Source: Dudresnaya verticillata
Taxonomy: Eukaryota
Assembly (NCBI GenBank): GCA_977862235.1
Contig: OZ374560.1
Span: 1,612,001 to 1,676,000, forward strand
Reading direction: 5' to 3'
Length of the DNA: 64,000 nucleotides
Made by a program: the position numbers and the translations under genes. The notes beneath the pieces are model-generated. The model made no database searches and was not told the DNA's origin. It worked only from the letters and a program-made list of their open reading frames with translations. The stretch's first letter is position 1. Each line of letters starts with the position of its first letter. Positions 50,989 to 64,000 of this stretch are shown here, piece after piece.

Positions 50989-53610
50989 CTAGTTTTTCGG
51001 CTCGTGGTGAGCCGGCGGGGCACAGCGAAGCACAACCGGATGGCGCTCCGATGTACGTGCTGCGGGTCGACCTGGTGATCGATAACGGACGCGGGCGTTG
51101 TGTTGCTGGGCCAGGTACCGGGTGTGCAGCTGCTCAGAGTAGCTGAGCGCCGGCACTTGGGCCTGCTCCTCGTCCGTAAGCGCCTCGAAGTTGATGATGA
51201 TCTGCCCGCGGTCACGGTATGTGAGGGTGCACTCCGTAGCGTAGTGCCCTCGACCATAACACGCGTGGCAGATCACTGTTGGCCCTCGCCCTGCTGGACG
51301 TGGAGCCATCGGGCGACTTGGGCGGCGGTCCTGCCAACCGGAACGAGATCGCTCGAACCCTGGAGAATGCTCCTGAGATGCGACGCGCGGCGCGGGGACG
51401 TGCCTTGGGCCCATGGCCAGCGCCGGGTCGTCTTCCGTACCGTAACCGGTATCGGTGGGGAGTTCCGTCGTCGGGAACGACGACGTGTCCGTTCCTAGTA
51501 GGTGTAAGTCACCATCATTGTTTCGGGTGACCCCGTGTTCGCGCTCGCTACGGTCCAGGAATTCAACCGAGGACTCGACGAGCAGCGCTTGACCACGTCC
51601 TCGCGCCGGTGAAGGCGGAAGACAGGCTCTGGCCGTAGTCGGCGAAGCGGGGACTACACCTGGTCTGCGGGATGCACCCGTTCTTGCGCGATGAGCTTCA
51701 CCCTCGTCCTGCGCAATGTGGATGAGGTGCTCAAAGGTGAGTTCAGCTCGCCGGGTCTCTTCGCGATGGCGCGCAACAAGGGAGCGCATGGTAGGGTCCA
51801 GCCCGTCGATGAACAGAGTCATCTTCTCCCAGGCCACGTAAACGTTGCCACAGCGATGACACCCTTTAGAAAGGCGCATCGCAAACGCGGACTCCGTCTC
51901 ACCCGGCCGTTGCGTGATTGCACGAAGAGAGAGGGTGGCCTCACGTATGGCGCTAGGCGTCGCAAGTGCGCAGTAAGTACTGGACGGCCTCCGGCCACGA
52001 GGTGATTCCACCATCTGCTCGCGATGACGCGCCATGTGCAGTCCGGAACTGTTGCGAAGCAGTTATACGGAGGAAGTACGGGAGGGCGATGAACGCCTGG
52101 GCCTCATTCATCTCTAAGGTGTCGGCCTCGTCGACAAACCTCGAGAGAAAGTCAAGAATGAGCACGGGGTCATCCCCAGTAAACGCGCAGGCGCGTAAAT
52201 TCAACTCGAGCCGCTTGATTTGGTCTTTGACCTTACCAGTTTGGCGGCTCGAGCGCCTTTGGGAAGTGTCGGCCAGCCGATATGTCCTGTAGGACAGTAG
52301 CCGGTCGAACAGGGGGTTCGTGGGCGTGAGCTCCTTCAGCCCCTGTACTTCCTTCCGCGTTTACGCGTATTGCGGCGGGCCGAGGGGCGACTCTCGGAAC
52401 CGCCGTCGGATGAATCCGAATTATGGGAGTGATCTCCAGAAGAGGACGAGGAAGGGGACGAGTCACCGTCATCGTGACGACGACCACGCCTCTTCCTGTC
52501 CTTTGCGCGACCACGATCACCGCGTCCACTTCGGGTCCGGTGCTCGCGTGCACGCCGTGCTTCAGCACGTCGCGCCTCCGCGTCGATGATGCGGAGGTCC
52601 GTTCCGACTGGGACAACCCAGTCGTACTCGCGTGCGTCGCGTTCGGCTTGGGTGCACCCATTGCGATCCGGGTTCTCGACGTCCCCCGGACCGCGCCCAC
52701 ACGATAATGGGCTGCGGGTCTATCCTTCGCGTATCGGGCGATCCCGTGAGATGGGGTCAGCCCCTGGAACTCGCTCTTCCAGGAGACGGTAAACGTCTGC
52801 CCGGAGGGTGCATAGTTCGCGGTTGACGCGTCGGGCGTGATCGGCATGGGGACAATTCACGGAGGCACCGGCGTCGACGCGCGTGTTAAGCGCAGCACCT
52901 TGGCCTTCGAGGTCCTGTATACGGGAGTTAACTCCATTAAATTGTTCACGGCAGGTCGCCGTGAACTGCGCCACTGCCGCGTCCATTCGCTGTGCTAGGT
53001 TGTCCACCAAGACGGCGTCCTGCGAGATGCAAATCTCGCGGACCGCCTCCCTGGGGACAGTGAGTTCTGAGGCGATGTGGACGCTGGCAGGCTCGGGATT
53101 ACCCGTTGCTCCGGCCGTTGGGCTTTGCGGATACGGCGGCGGAGGCGCCGGTTCCGGCGAACGAATCGGGCTGACCCGTTGACTGCGAGGCGCAGGAGAC
53201 CCGTTAACGGGTGCGGTGTTGGCCGGACCGTCGCGAGATGGTGCGTGGCCTTGTGGATCATCCGCTGTTTGATCTACAGCCGGCGCACTTGCCACAGGGA
53301 CGCTGACTGTAGACTCCAGGGCCGATGCCGACGGCGCCAAAGGTGCCGTGGCGGTCGAAGCCGGATCGGGATAACCCGTGTAATTGGACGCAGGCGTCTG
53401 TGAAGGCCCCTCCGAGACGGGATAGCCCGAGGTTGAATAAGCAGCGGCCTGAGAAGGCGCTTGCGGAGCGGGATAACCCGTAGAGATCGGTACAGGCGCC
53501 TGAGAAGGCGCCTGGGAGACGGGAAGTCCCACGTTCGCGGTCGAACTGGCGGGAGTTCCCGTGAAGGGAATGGTTGTGGCCGGCATTGCCGGCGGAGCGT
53601 CGGACGCCAT
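50989..53610 (-). pseudogene. gag: Gag of element C, frameshifted
   Basis: Fragments 52720-53610, 51953-52204 (WPEAVQYLLRT) and 50989-52035 (CCHC CHACYGRGHYATEC). Confidence 0.88.
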
Positions 53611-53949
53611 TGGCGGTCCGGCGTTCGAAGCGCTCGCCGTCGGTTCCGCGGGATCACCCGTTCGCTGGCTGTCGGCACCAACGCGCGATCGGCTGAACAG
53701 CTATCCAATCGACGGGCTTGGTCCCGGATTCGGCGGCGGGTGACCTTGAAAGCGGAGGGAGTGGCAGGGCTCCGAAGTGAGCGAGCTCGCCTTGCGGCTC
53801 GAGGTAGATGGTCTCACCATAACTCGCGTGCGTTTTGGGAGAGCCCTTGGAAGCAAAACGAAGCGGCCGACCAATCGGAAAGGTCGGCGGGGCAGGAAGA
53901 AAAGCGGGAGAACCCGACTGGGCGGAGAAAGCTCCAATCGGGTGGGATT

Positions 53950-53965
53950 CTAGGTCGGGAGACCA
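53950..53965 (-). promoter_or_regulatory. Primer-binding site of element C
   Basis: The reverse strand reads TGGTCTCCCGACCTAG next to the 5' LTR. Confidence 0.85.
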
Positions 53966-53971
53966 GAAATG

Positions 53972-54750
53972 TGTAGTGCAACCCTCCGAATAAGGGTCGC
54001 AACCAACACAACCCACGAGTCCGACATGGGAGGGTAGCCGCGGTGACGCGTGTGAGCGCGTCGGTGCGTGGTAGGGTAGAGCAAGGGGAAGGCCCCACTG
54101 TGCGGACTGTAAACACACACCAAAGCCGTGTGAGCACGCAGTGAGCCAGAAGGTGGGGGAACCGGCACAACAAGCGTGTGCATACGAAGGTAGAAAAGGT
54201 GTCAGCACCACAGGCGTACGTAGCCCAGCTCCGCGATGGCTTCACTCGCCAAGCGCACGGAGGTAGGGGGTACCCTAAGTGTGGAGCCGAAGCCTTTTTG
54301 GTTTTACTGTAGGAAGTCGGTCCTAGCCCCTTAAGTCCCACCGCCGGCGGCGGCGTCGCGGCGGTGGCGACTAGGGCTACTGTACACTAGCAAATAAACT
54401 ACCACTAGAGTACAATAAAATAACACTACAGTAGCACAGTGTACCTATTGTACACCAACACCAGCACGCTGTAAGACTTGTAATGACGAGTGCCGTGCGC
54501 GTGTACACGTGTCACGCGTGTTGCGCGTGTCTTGCGCGCGCTTGCGTGGCGGTGGCTGTAAGGCGGGTGCGGCCCTGTAAAGGCGACGGCGGGGGAAAGC
54601 CCCGGGGGCGGGGGCGGGCCCGCTATGGTGGTTGACCACTGGCCAATGGGTGAGCCCAACTTGGCGGTGCGCGTCGCGGACGCGCGTGATCGCGCGGTCG
54701 AAAAAGGGGCTATCAACCCGCTCTGCGGGGAGCCCGGGCGTTGCACCACA
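53972..54750 (-). repeat. 5' LTR of element C (779 bp)
   Basis: TGTAGTGCAA...TTGCACCACA; matches the split copy at 27541-27560 plus 40853-41611. Confidence 0.95.
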
Positions 54751-54987
54751 TTACGTTTATGCCTTGTTCTAATGCCGATAGATCCGACAAGCTTGAATTG
54801 AAGGTCATTGGACATGCGAAGAAGCCGAGAATCTTCAGGCGCAAGACAGGGTCGGAACTTGGCTTTGATTACTCCGTAAACAAAAGGCCTGGATGACATG
54901 CGTAATCTTCTTCGACTGGTTGGCGGCGTTTGATTACCACATATCCAAAACCCCGGGCCGGAAGGTTGCCCTTTTGTTGGACAACTG
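54751..54987 (+). pseudogene. pogo/Tigger transposase, continuation of the DDE domain
   Basis: TFMPCSNADRSDKLELKVIGHAKKPRIF...KAWMT..IFFDWL...KVALLLDNC resumes where 27540 left off and is cut again by element D. Confidence 0.92.
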
Positions 54988-55587
54988 TGTGGCACAACGG
55001 CGATTTGCGCCAAGTGGGCGTATTACGCTGTAAGCCGTAACGGGCCAATGCCCTGTAAGACGTTGTCATTGCTGGGCTTTGCCAGGATGTGATATGTGAT
55101 TGGCGCCTGGCGCGAAATCACCCGCGCCTTAGACGCGCAATTGGCGCACGACCATTGGTGTGGCGCTGGGATATTTCCTGATTATACGCCGCCACAGGGG
55201 CGTGAATCCGCCTCCCATTGCTCAATGTAATTTGTGTACAGTACACTCTATTGGATAGTATTAGCACGGGCACAAGCCCTATTTATTGGTCCCCTGAGTA
55301 GCAGGGCACCGCTGATTGAACCCCACGGGGCGTTTCTCGGTCTTGGCCATTTTCTGGATTCCGGGCGCTTCCCGTTCCCTTTCTGGACGCCAACTACAGG
55401 CTCGTCACCGTAGGGCAGGTTCCCTGCGGATTACCAGGTCGCGTCCCCCTTTTCCTTTTCTCTTTTCCCTGGCCTAGCGCCATTCTACCAAGCCTCTACC
55501 ACACCCGAGCTACCCGTGAGCACGACGGTTCCGGACAGGTGTCCTTTGTTCTTTTTGCTCTTCCTGGGCTGGACCCGTTGTGCTACA
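54988..55587 (+). repeat. 5' LTR of element D (600 bp)
   Basis: 13-bp inverted termini TGTGGCACAACGG...CCGTTGTGCTACA (1 mismatch), followed by the PBS. Confidence 0.88.
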
Positions 55588-55588
55588 T

Positions 55589-55602
55589 TGGTCTCCCGAC
55601 CT
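55589..55602 (+). promoter_or_regulatory. Primer-binding site of element D
   Basis: TGGTCTCCCGACCT lies 1 nt after the LTR. Confidence 0.85.
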
Positions 55603-56168
55603 GGAAGTGTTCTGGGTTGGTTTCCCCTTTTCGTCCTCAACCCTGGTTGGTTAACTCAACGAGTACAAGACTCAAGACGTTATGTCGTGTCAAAGACGAG
55701 TTTCCCGGCCAACCGGTGTTGTCAGGATTTTTGACGGTTTCTACGCTCCATCTCAAGCCGCTGAGTAGCGTCAAATCAGTGCCGAGCACGTTTATTCTTG
55801 GAAATACAACCGGCCCTAGTGGCCATTTAGAAGTTGCCGTTGAGGGCGTGACTGACGCCCCCCTCAAGACTGCTTCGACAGGTTATCGGTGCATCCTGGT
55901 AAAACACCGTCCTTTTGTACAGGCCGTGCCAGGGCACAAGTTGGAGAGTCCTTTTGGGGAAATCGCTAGTAGCCCTGAAGTCTAGCAAGGCTTACGTACG
56001 AGCGCCGTGCTCAAGCTGGAAAGGATTCCCCTTCGACGCATCGTCTCGTGCGAGAAAGACTTACGGAACGCCGGTTGGCGCATCAGGAAAAAGTTCCATC
56101 GACCCACTGGTCCTTCCGGAATTATTACCTATTTTGTGACGGGCTATTAGTCCCATGCCATCGGGAAG

Positions 56169-58930
56169 ATGCCGACATCGAATGGCGATACAACTAGGCC
56201 GACCCTCATCGGCCATGGTGGCAGTCGTGCCGGAAGTCTTTCCTCCGTCCGTATTTCGGGCGTTACCACCCGTTCAGGGACTGCTGCGCTAAGGCGCAGC
56301 CCTTCGGACGGACGATTGGGGCGACGCCATATCGACGGCGACGCCCCCGATGAAGACGGTCCCGAACCAAGATCAAACCGCGAACGACCCCCATTGGTTG
56401 GAAGTTCTAGGCCCGACCTTGTTCTCGGGACTACTCCCGGTTTAATGCCGAACCCTGGAAGGGATTCGGCCACGTTAGAAGGAAACATGACCCGGTCAGA
56501 ACCGCAACCATCCACACAAGTGGATGGGAATGAGGACCAGGGTCCAGAAGTGATGCCGGAATCAGGTCGACTCCCCAGTGGACGATCGACCGATTACGCG
56601 GCACCGACAGAGGTCGACTCGGCGCCCGGATATGGGCAGCCGACCCGAACGAATACCAATTCGGAGGATGTCCGATGCTTTACGGAATCGGAGATCCACC
56701 GAATGGTCGCTGATGGTGTTGGTCACCTTGTAGCGACCCAGATCAGACCGCTTGCCGCAGCACAGGCTGATGAAACGCTCACATGTGTAAAATGCTAAAT
56801 TGACGAGTCAGCCGGTCGCCGAGATGAGCGGATACTGACCTTGTGTCAAGAGGAAATGACCGGCCACATCCGCCACTCCGATACAGGACAGAGAGTGGCG
56901 CATGAAATGGAATCACTCGATGCGAGGATAGAATCGCTCCTGGAGCGGGTGGAAACGATCCACGGAGATTTTGAGTCCCTCACTCGAGTAGTGGACCTCT
57001 CACGGGAAGAAGCATCTGGCGCAATTCGGACCCTTCGTCTCAATGGGAATGACGCCACGTGTGTAGAACAGGACCGAGCCATTGCCTCTTAAGGAAGGAG
57101 TTAGCCGACGAACGGCGTCGGATCAACATAATCGAGACTCGTTTCCAGTTATGCCTTCTTGAGAAGAACTTATCTCCTGAAGTGGAGCGGCGCCGGAGTC
57201 CGGTGCCAAAAGGGACTCGAGACAGGCGATGTCATTCGCCGAGACGAGACTCCGATGTGGAATCGGTACACAACCATTCGGATGCTGACAATCCGCGCGC
57301 TGTGCATTCAGGTTGCAGAACCTGCCGTACGGGCCGAGGGACTGAATCCCGTCGAAACCGGGATGAACCGCGTCGGTCGGCACAGCGGCGTCGACAGCAG
57401 TTCTCCGAAAAGGATAGTTCCCCACCGAGGCGTCCATCGCGCCCCTCTTGGCGAGGACCTAGACGTTCGGACGTTAAGGAGCTTGCTCCGCAGAACTCGG
57501 CTTTCATTCAGGTTCTCTCTTATCGACGCTATCATCTGTTGAACCTGGACCAATACAGGGGTCCAGAAGTCACTGAGGACACGTCGAAAAAGATCAAGAG
57601 GATCAAGTCCGTGATGAAGAGTCGCAAGTTCGACGGAAGCGGACCAGTTGCGATCATTGGCTTCTTAGCCGCTTTGAAGCGCCAACTGGACCAAGCCAGG
57701 ATAAGCGAAGGAGCGGCAATTCTTGTGCTCCCCGAGTTGCTAGATAAGGATGCTCGAGACATGTTCGAAGCCAACTTCGACGTGGCCGGAGATGATAATG
57801 GAGGATTCTCCGAGTGGCCCGAGGCCGTAAATTACCTCCTACGCACATATGCGAAGGATGTGTACATCGAGAGGATAGCCTCGGAAATGGACCGTATGGC
57901 ACAAGCCGAGGATGAGGACGAAGTGACCTTCTCACGAAGCCTCCAGAATAAGGCTCGAAAGCTCGCGGGTGTGTATACAGAACAGGATCTGATTACCCAG
58001 TTCGTCCGTGGGCTCTTGCCGGCCACAAAGCCGTTACTGAGCAATTCGGGTTTGGACCCACGAACGGCTAGGCCGACTATGTGGAACTGGCTACTGCCCA
58101 AGGTGAATCGCATCGGGCCCTCATGGGCGCTGGTCGTCGAGAGCGTGTCTCTGGTACTTCGATGTTGCGACGAAAGTCCTCCATTAAATCCAAGAAGACC
58201 GGCCGGGCGCTACTGGTCAGGCAGGGACGTCCCAACACTGAGATCGCGTCAAGTGACAGTGGTGGCTCTACAAGGACTAGCTCCGATTCTGAGGACGCCG
58301 TGGTGGCGGCCATCGACATCCAAGCGCCGGATTCGTCCGTAACAACTTCGGGCGTCTGGTACACAGCCCCTTCTGACGCTACGGACAGCTATTATGACTC
58401 CGTCAGTGCGGTACTATCCAACCAGAATCCGAGGCTTCCCTCGTGGGCCCAACCATCTCGCACACAGCGTCCCGGCTGGTTAGTGGTGGAGGATAGGCCG
58501 AATGACATCTGCTTCGACTGCCTGGGTATAGGGCATAAAACGCCCAATTGCCCATATCTGGCACGAACAGACGAGCGCGGCTTCTCACAGATACTACGTA
58601 ACCACTACAACCAACTCTCTAGGGAGCAACGGGAATGGCTGTCCATCGTGGGCCGTTCGACATCATTCGCGAATGAGATGCGTCCCTCGGATCCAGGTCC
58701 TCAAAATTCACGTCGACATTTCAACGAGGGAACGATCAGCCCTCAACCGGAGAACAGGGGGCACCCCGAACTGCAGGTTCCCAGGTGCAGTTCACAGAAA
58801 CGCTCAAACACCCTGTGGATAGGCCGCGGAGTAATCCCCGCTCTCCTCGCCTGAGTGGCAGACCGTTCCCACCTCCTCCGCCTTTACCGGCATCCCCATC
58901 AGCAAGAAACGACCATGTGCCGAAATGCTA
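56169..58930 (+). pseudogene. gag: Gag of element D, disrupted
   Basis: VLSYRRYHL, EWPEAVNYLLRTYA and CCHC CFDCLGIGHKTPNC across ORFs 56169-56798, 56841-57092, 57059-58342 and 58081-58854. Confidence 0.82.
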
Positions 58931-59826
58931 GCCTGGGGGACCTTGGATCGCGTCGAACCGCAGCTCTTGCTACGCGACCCGGGGTTCCCGGACCGATCAA
59001 GCGAGGACGACCACCCGTCCCCGTTCTTCCCGGATCGGCCGGAACCAGGAGCCGAAGTGAACCTCCTCCCAAGGAAGATCTTATCTCGCCCTCTAGGGCT
59101 GCCTCGAGGACGCACTTTTGATGAGTATTGTAAGGATCCCATATGCGCGCTGTCGCGATATAACTATAAAGTGGCAGCGTCCATTGGGACCTCTCTTGAC
59201 GAACTCTCTCGCGTCCTTTCGGTCCTGGATACAGGGACAGGCCCAAACCTCATACGAGCTGGTGCTGTTTCGTCGGAGGATCAAAAGAAGATCACTTCTG
59301 GCCGGTCCATCGTGAATCTAACTTCCGCCTCACGGCACAAACTAACTACCTTAGGGACTAAATCCCTACATGTTCGAATCGGAACCTACACGGTCCGGCA
59401 ACCTTTCATCGTCGTCCAAGCACTCGCAGTGGATGTGATCCTAGGTTGTACCTTCATCGACCACCATATCGATAACTTACGAATCAAGCGCCAACGCGCC
59501 GTCTTGCGTGATGGGTCCATCCACCCGCTATTACGCCGACGATGCGGCCTTCACCGCGCTTCGCGCCCTGAGGAACCACGAGACGTCCCCACAGCTCCTC
59601 CCGAACCGCGACACCTCCGCGTGGCACATTCAGTTGTTATACCCGCAGCATCAGAAGCATGGGTCACGGTCACGTGCCCGGCGCGAGGTGTGCACCTCAT
59701 GGATTCATTCCAGCGGTTCTACGGCCGCCAGGTTCTCTTCGCCACCAATGGCATCATCGACGTGCAACCTAACCGGCCGTTCCGGGTCAAGGTCGCCAAT
59801 TTCTCTCGAGGGCCGAAACGCCTGGC
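58925..59826 (+). pseudogene. pol: Aspartic protease and post-protease domain of element D, truncated
   Basis: VLDTGTGPNLIR, DVILGCTF and TNGIIDVQPNRPFRVKVANFS; homology ends at KRLA. Confidence 0.9.
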
Positions 59827-59997
59827 CACGCGTACGCGGATGATGATGAGATCCTCTACCGCGTCAAGTGGTTTGGATACCTCGCTTCAACGAACACCTG
59901 GGAGCCAGTCTCCGGTTTGCTGCGATCCCACATCACACGGTACCACCGTCGAAAACGTACGCACCTAGCGCCAAACATCGACTAGCAGCGCGGCTAA
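59827..59997 (+). pseudogene. Chromodomain fragment from a B-family integrase C-terminus
   Basis: HAYADDDEILYRVKWFGYLASTNTWEPVSGLLRSHITRYHRRKRT is nearly identical to the end of B pol and out of frame with the protease. Confidence 0.9.
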
Positions 59998-61413
59998 CTC
60001 TAATCCGGAAACACCGCTGGAAGCGAATGGACAGACGATCGAGACCGCGTGCTCGAGTTGCGGTCTCCAAAAGCGCGGAAGCCCAACCCGTGGCCTGTGG
60101 GCGCGGTCGAAACAGCGGTAGCGAAGAACACGTGTGCGCATCATGGACGGACGTGGACGCAAGTCGTTGCAAGTCGTTGCGTCATAGACAGCCACGCGCA
60201 CGGACACCTCGCAGCGGCCACGATACAGGACCTCTGGATAGGTGTGCGGTTCACAGTGGATCCGGATCGCAAATCGAGATCCGCCACCCGTGCCCATCGG
60301 TTAATAGGAGCTAAACGTAATTGGACAATTTTTATTTGGCAAACACGGCAGCGCGCACCGCCCAGCAGTCAACGCGCGACGAACACAATCATGCCAAGTG
60401 GCTGAGCAGGTTCTACGAGCACCAGCGATGACAGGCGCAAGTGGCAGCGCGAAACACGTCTCCGACGTCGAGATGCCCACTCGAACCGCGGCCAAGTCCC
60501 TGGGACCGTCACCCTTCCGGCCACGGCCTCGCGCGAAAGACCGTTAAACGTCTCCGACGTAACTCGCGAAGAAGGGGCGCACCGACAAACCCACCGACAA
60601 GGGGGGAAGGTGGTTGACGACGCAGTTGTCGTTGGTTCCGTGCACGACGCGCCAAAAAAGCGGGCAATGACTCCGCCGCTGGCTGCGGCCATCACGGCCA
60701 CAGTCGCGCGATGGCGACCATTCCCTGCCCCCAAAGAGGAACGTCGGATACGAAAGGAGCAGCAAAGCCAAGGCGTCGAAAAACCTACTTCACCGCCTCG
60801 CGATCTTCGTCCAGGACGCCGGCAAAAACAATACACCGTAATAGCGACGACGTGAGGGGCACAGGGGCTCAACCCAGCGCCACCTACGCGCAAACACGCC
60901 CAAGGAGCATTGTGAAACACGCACTACAAAAGCGCTAAGTCAGCGGAACCGGGTCCTCCTGAACAGGGTCTCTCGACGAACAAGACAATAACGTTGCACA
61001 ACGAGAAGCGAGATGCGCCAACCGCCGCACGTGCAACACGAATAACAACGCTACTACAGCGGGCACTACCAACCAAACGCAGCCGAAACGCAACGCGCGG
61101 CTAAGGCCGATGGCATCAAACGCAAACGCTACTGTAGCGGGAAATCAAGAACAAGACGCAAGGTCGAAGTGGGACCAAAGGTTACACCCTAAGGCCAACG
61201 CGAAACGCGAAACGCGACACGGAAAGACGCTGACAATGGCCGAAGTTTACTGGGCTAAAACAAATGGGGACAACCCCTCGCCCTTGCGATCGACCACTAC
61301 AGCTACATTAATCGTCAAAGACGAAGAGGAATACCCCCGCTCATCGGCCACAAACGAGCCGAAGGGCAACACAATACGCACTCTCGCGTCCTCTATCCGT
61401 TCCTGAAACGACA

Positions 61414-63705
61414 TCAAGATTCTTTCGTCGCAGACGAATCGGCTGGCACATACTCAGCAGCGCCCTCGGCGGACGCGCGCAACTCCTCTTCATAGATGTC
61501 GTCCTCCGTCGTCGACGGTAAACTCGCGGCAGGAACAGGGGTGAACCGCAAGGGCCCTGTCATTACAACTGGCGGTGTGACTGCAACAGGCGCCGCAGGC
61601 GTAAGGGGCGACCTATCAACCGTCTTTGGCCTCGTCGCGACAGTATCCACCACAGGCAATGAAGCAAAAACACCCGCCATAGGCGCAGAGCTCAACTCAT
61701 CATTCGCCTTCGGCGCAGACCTAGCCCCATCCGCTTTAGGCGCAGTGACCGATTCGTCAACCGCCTTTGGCGTAAGTTCAGAAACCGCCTCGATCGGCAT
61801 CGCACCCTCACTCGCCTTTGGTGTTATCGACTCTACGCTCGTCACCGACGCAGGAGCACCTGGCTCCTTTTGAACCATCGACGACGTCATAGCAGCATTC
61901 GCTTCGCTCACCGCAGGTGGTACAGTAGTACTCACGTCTTTAAACGCTGGACCATTTTCCTTGGCGATGACGGCTTTCCTGCTACACCGTCGTTCGACGC
62001 GGATCCTACAACAACAGTCGACTTCGGCGCGGACCCACCCTGAGGCGGAACCACAGCCGACAAGGATTGGCTCACCCACTCTATGGGCGAGCCGCTAAAA
62101 CGGCTAGTAGCGACGCCGGCGGCCTGTAACAACGCGAGGACCGTGCGGCGCTGTTGTTCGGTCCAGACCGGCACGCTGGGAGGCTTCCCTGAACCGTCTA
62201 CGACGATAGATGCTCCGCCTTCTGGCATTGCGGACGGGGGTGGCTCTGACACTGACACCGCCATAGTAACGTCACCCTCGTCGTCCGCAATGGGCGCCGC
62301 AAGGTCCAAGGGAGCAACCGTGGCTATGCCGGTCGGCATCGCACTCGCCGCAGAGGCTCCGTGGGCAACGTCGTAGACGGAACAGCCGCTTCAGCGGAAG
62401 ACTCAATCGCCATAGACGTCGCAATAGCCGTCCCAGACGAGTTAACCGGTCCACAGTTGGCGTGAAGAGCATCCTCTTCCACCATTAAGGCGCTTAAGTG
62501 AGGAGGAAAGTCACCGACAAAGCCGCAGGTCTTACGCAAACCGCGCGGGTGATTACCCGGCGGGAAGCGATCGGTCTTGCGATGGCCTTCCGCAGTGTTC
62601 TTCGTCGTACGACGCTTTGTCCAAGGGCTGAACCAAATCCAATCTCCACAGGCGGAATGAGTACGACTCATCGCGTAACGTGGACGATTCGCCTTACGGC
62701 GGTTGTTGGCTAACAGCACGGTAACCGGGTCGTTCCAATCGATCTCATCCGCAATAGCGCGCAGGTCCCAGAACTCCTCGGAGTTCCTGGGAACACCAAA
62801 TATTTCGACCAAGTCGAGGCCACCAAGATGGGTGACCACACGCGGTGGTAGATGATACATACGGAAGGCGTCATACACCTCCTATAACCAAGCATACACC
62901 ACGATGGCGACCCACTCGGTGTAGAACACGATCCAATATCTAGAATATGGGTTGGTCATCAGCTCGGAACCAAGATATGTGATGCACGGGAGCTCTGCTG
63001 CGAAACCTTCGCATATCTCGAACTCACGCCATAAGGCGGTACCTTCACGAAGCAGTGAGGCAACTTACTACGCTCAATGCGGGTGACCTGCATGTCCTGG
63101 TAAGGTACGAATAAGCCCTTTCGGCGACGCGTCTCGTACTCCCAACGGATACAACGCTCCCAAAAGAACGTACCCCTGCGATGCAGGAAACGAAAATCCG
63201 CTTTCAAGCGTACACCTACTAGGTAAGCCTCTCCCAACATACGAGGCTCGAGCGACACCCTCACATGTTTGAGCGATAGCGTCCCGAGACGACCTCCATA
63301 TTCGGTCTCGGCGGCTGTACGATATTTCCCCGCGTCAAAATTGAAGAGGGGCGGCGTTAACGTCGACCCGGGGTAACGCGTGAAGCGCCGATAGACATCT
63401 GAGACGAACTGCGAGTGGACGTCCGCACGCGATTGTCCCGCTCGGACCCAAAGCCATTCCGGAGGAACGGCACAGCGCAACTTCCACTCTAACTTCCAGC
63501 CAAGGGGCAGGCCCCCTGGCAAGAATCCGCTAGTAGCGTAATGAGCGACCAATTACTCTTCGCGTAAAGCCTCCTGGTCGAACCAGCGGGCCCGCGCGAA
63601 GAAATGCGCGTGATCGCGAGGATTCTTCCCGATAAAGTCGACAGGCGAAGCGTACACCGGCGCGGCCGAGGGCGCCGCAACCTGCATGCCATTGAACGTC
63701 GGCAT
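61414..63705 (-). pseudogene. Antisense accessory ORF, B-family copy, with a stop and frameshifts
   Basis: MPTFNGMQVAAPSAAPVYASPVDF... through ...DSSATKES; the fragments are colinear with the 767-aa ORF at 28971-31274. Confidence 0.9.
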
Positions 63706-64000
63706 AACGTCAAAGACGAAAATATGCTCGCGCCGCTGGCGACGAGTGTACAAACGTCAAAGACGACTCGTGTCCTGCGCCACTGGCGAAAGCTTCACGA
63801 AGAGTGCGTCGAAGACGATTAATGTCCAACGCCACAGGCGATACAAACAAACCTGCGCCACTGGCGAAAGTCTTACAAACGTACGTCAACGACGTTCTGT
63901 TGCAACGCCCCAGGCGAGGAAAAGAAACCCACGTCGACGACGTTCAGTTCCCACGCCACAGGCGATACACATAGAAGACAACGTCGATGACGATTGAGTC

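Larger units (their letters stand above)
27541..54750 (-). mobile_element. Ty3/Gypsy chromodomain LTR retrotransposon (element C), complete, with element B nested in its 3' LTR
   Basis: 5' LTR at 53972-54750; 3' LTR split into 27541-27560 and 40853-41611 (779 bp each). TSD TTACA/TTACG, with PBS and PPT present. Confidence 0.95.
54988..64000 (+). mobile_element. Chimeric or deleted Ty3/Gypsy element (D): own LTR, gag and protease joined to a B-family 3' half; runs past the window edge
   Basis: LTR, PBS, gag and protease are followed by an abrupt switch at ~59826 to sequence colinear with the reverse complement of B 28800-32730. No RT, RNase H or integrase core. Confidence 0.88.

Overview
Eukaryotic, transposon-dense window. 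The host is possibly a red alga, which is only an impression from the element families and a compact intronless gene. It holds four related Ty3/Gypsy LTR retrotransposons. A (+, 1-12128) has its 5' LTR cut by the window edge. B (-, 27561-40847, complete, TSD GGAAT) is nested inside the 3' LTR of C. C (-, 27541-54750, complete, TSD TTACA/TTACG) and D (+, from 54988) both interrupt a pogo/Tigger transposase. That pogo element also carries a solo LTR (26253-26876, TSD CTCCC) and itself interrupts a LINE reverse-transcriptase remnant. D is a chimera: its own LTR, gag and protease are joined at ~59826 to the chromodomain and 3' half of a B-family element. All four elements share one primer-binding site (probably tRNA-Tyr), and all carry some disabling frameshifts or stops. 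One host gene, a fasciclin (FAS1) domain protein, lies at 21321-22019. The most unusual feature is an extra gene on the antisense strand between pol and the 3' LTR of A, B, C and the B-like half of D. It encodes a conserved ~400-aa Trp/Tyr-rich domain that I cannot assign to a known family, plus a small helical motif. Family-specific repeated palindromic motifs lie next to it or in the LTR. Together they form a candidate accessory or regulatory system.
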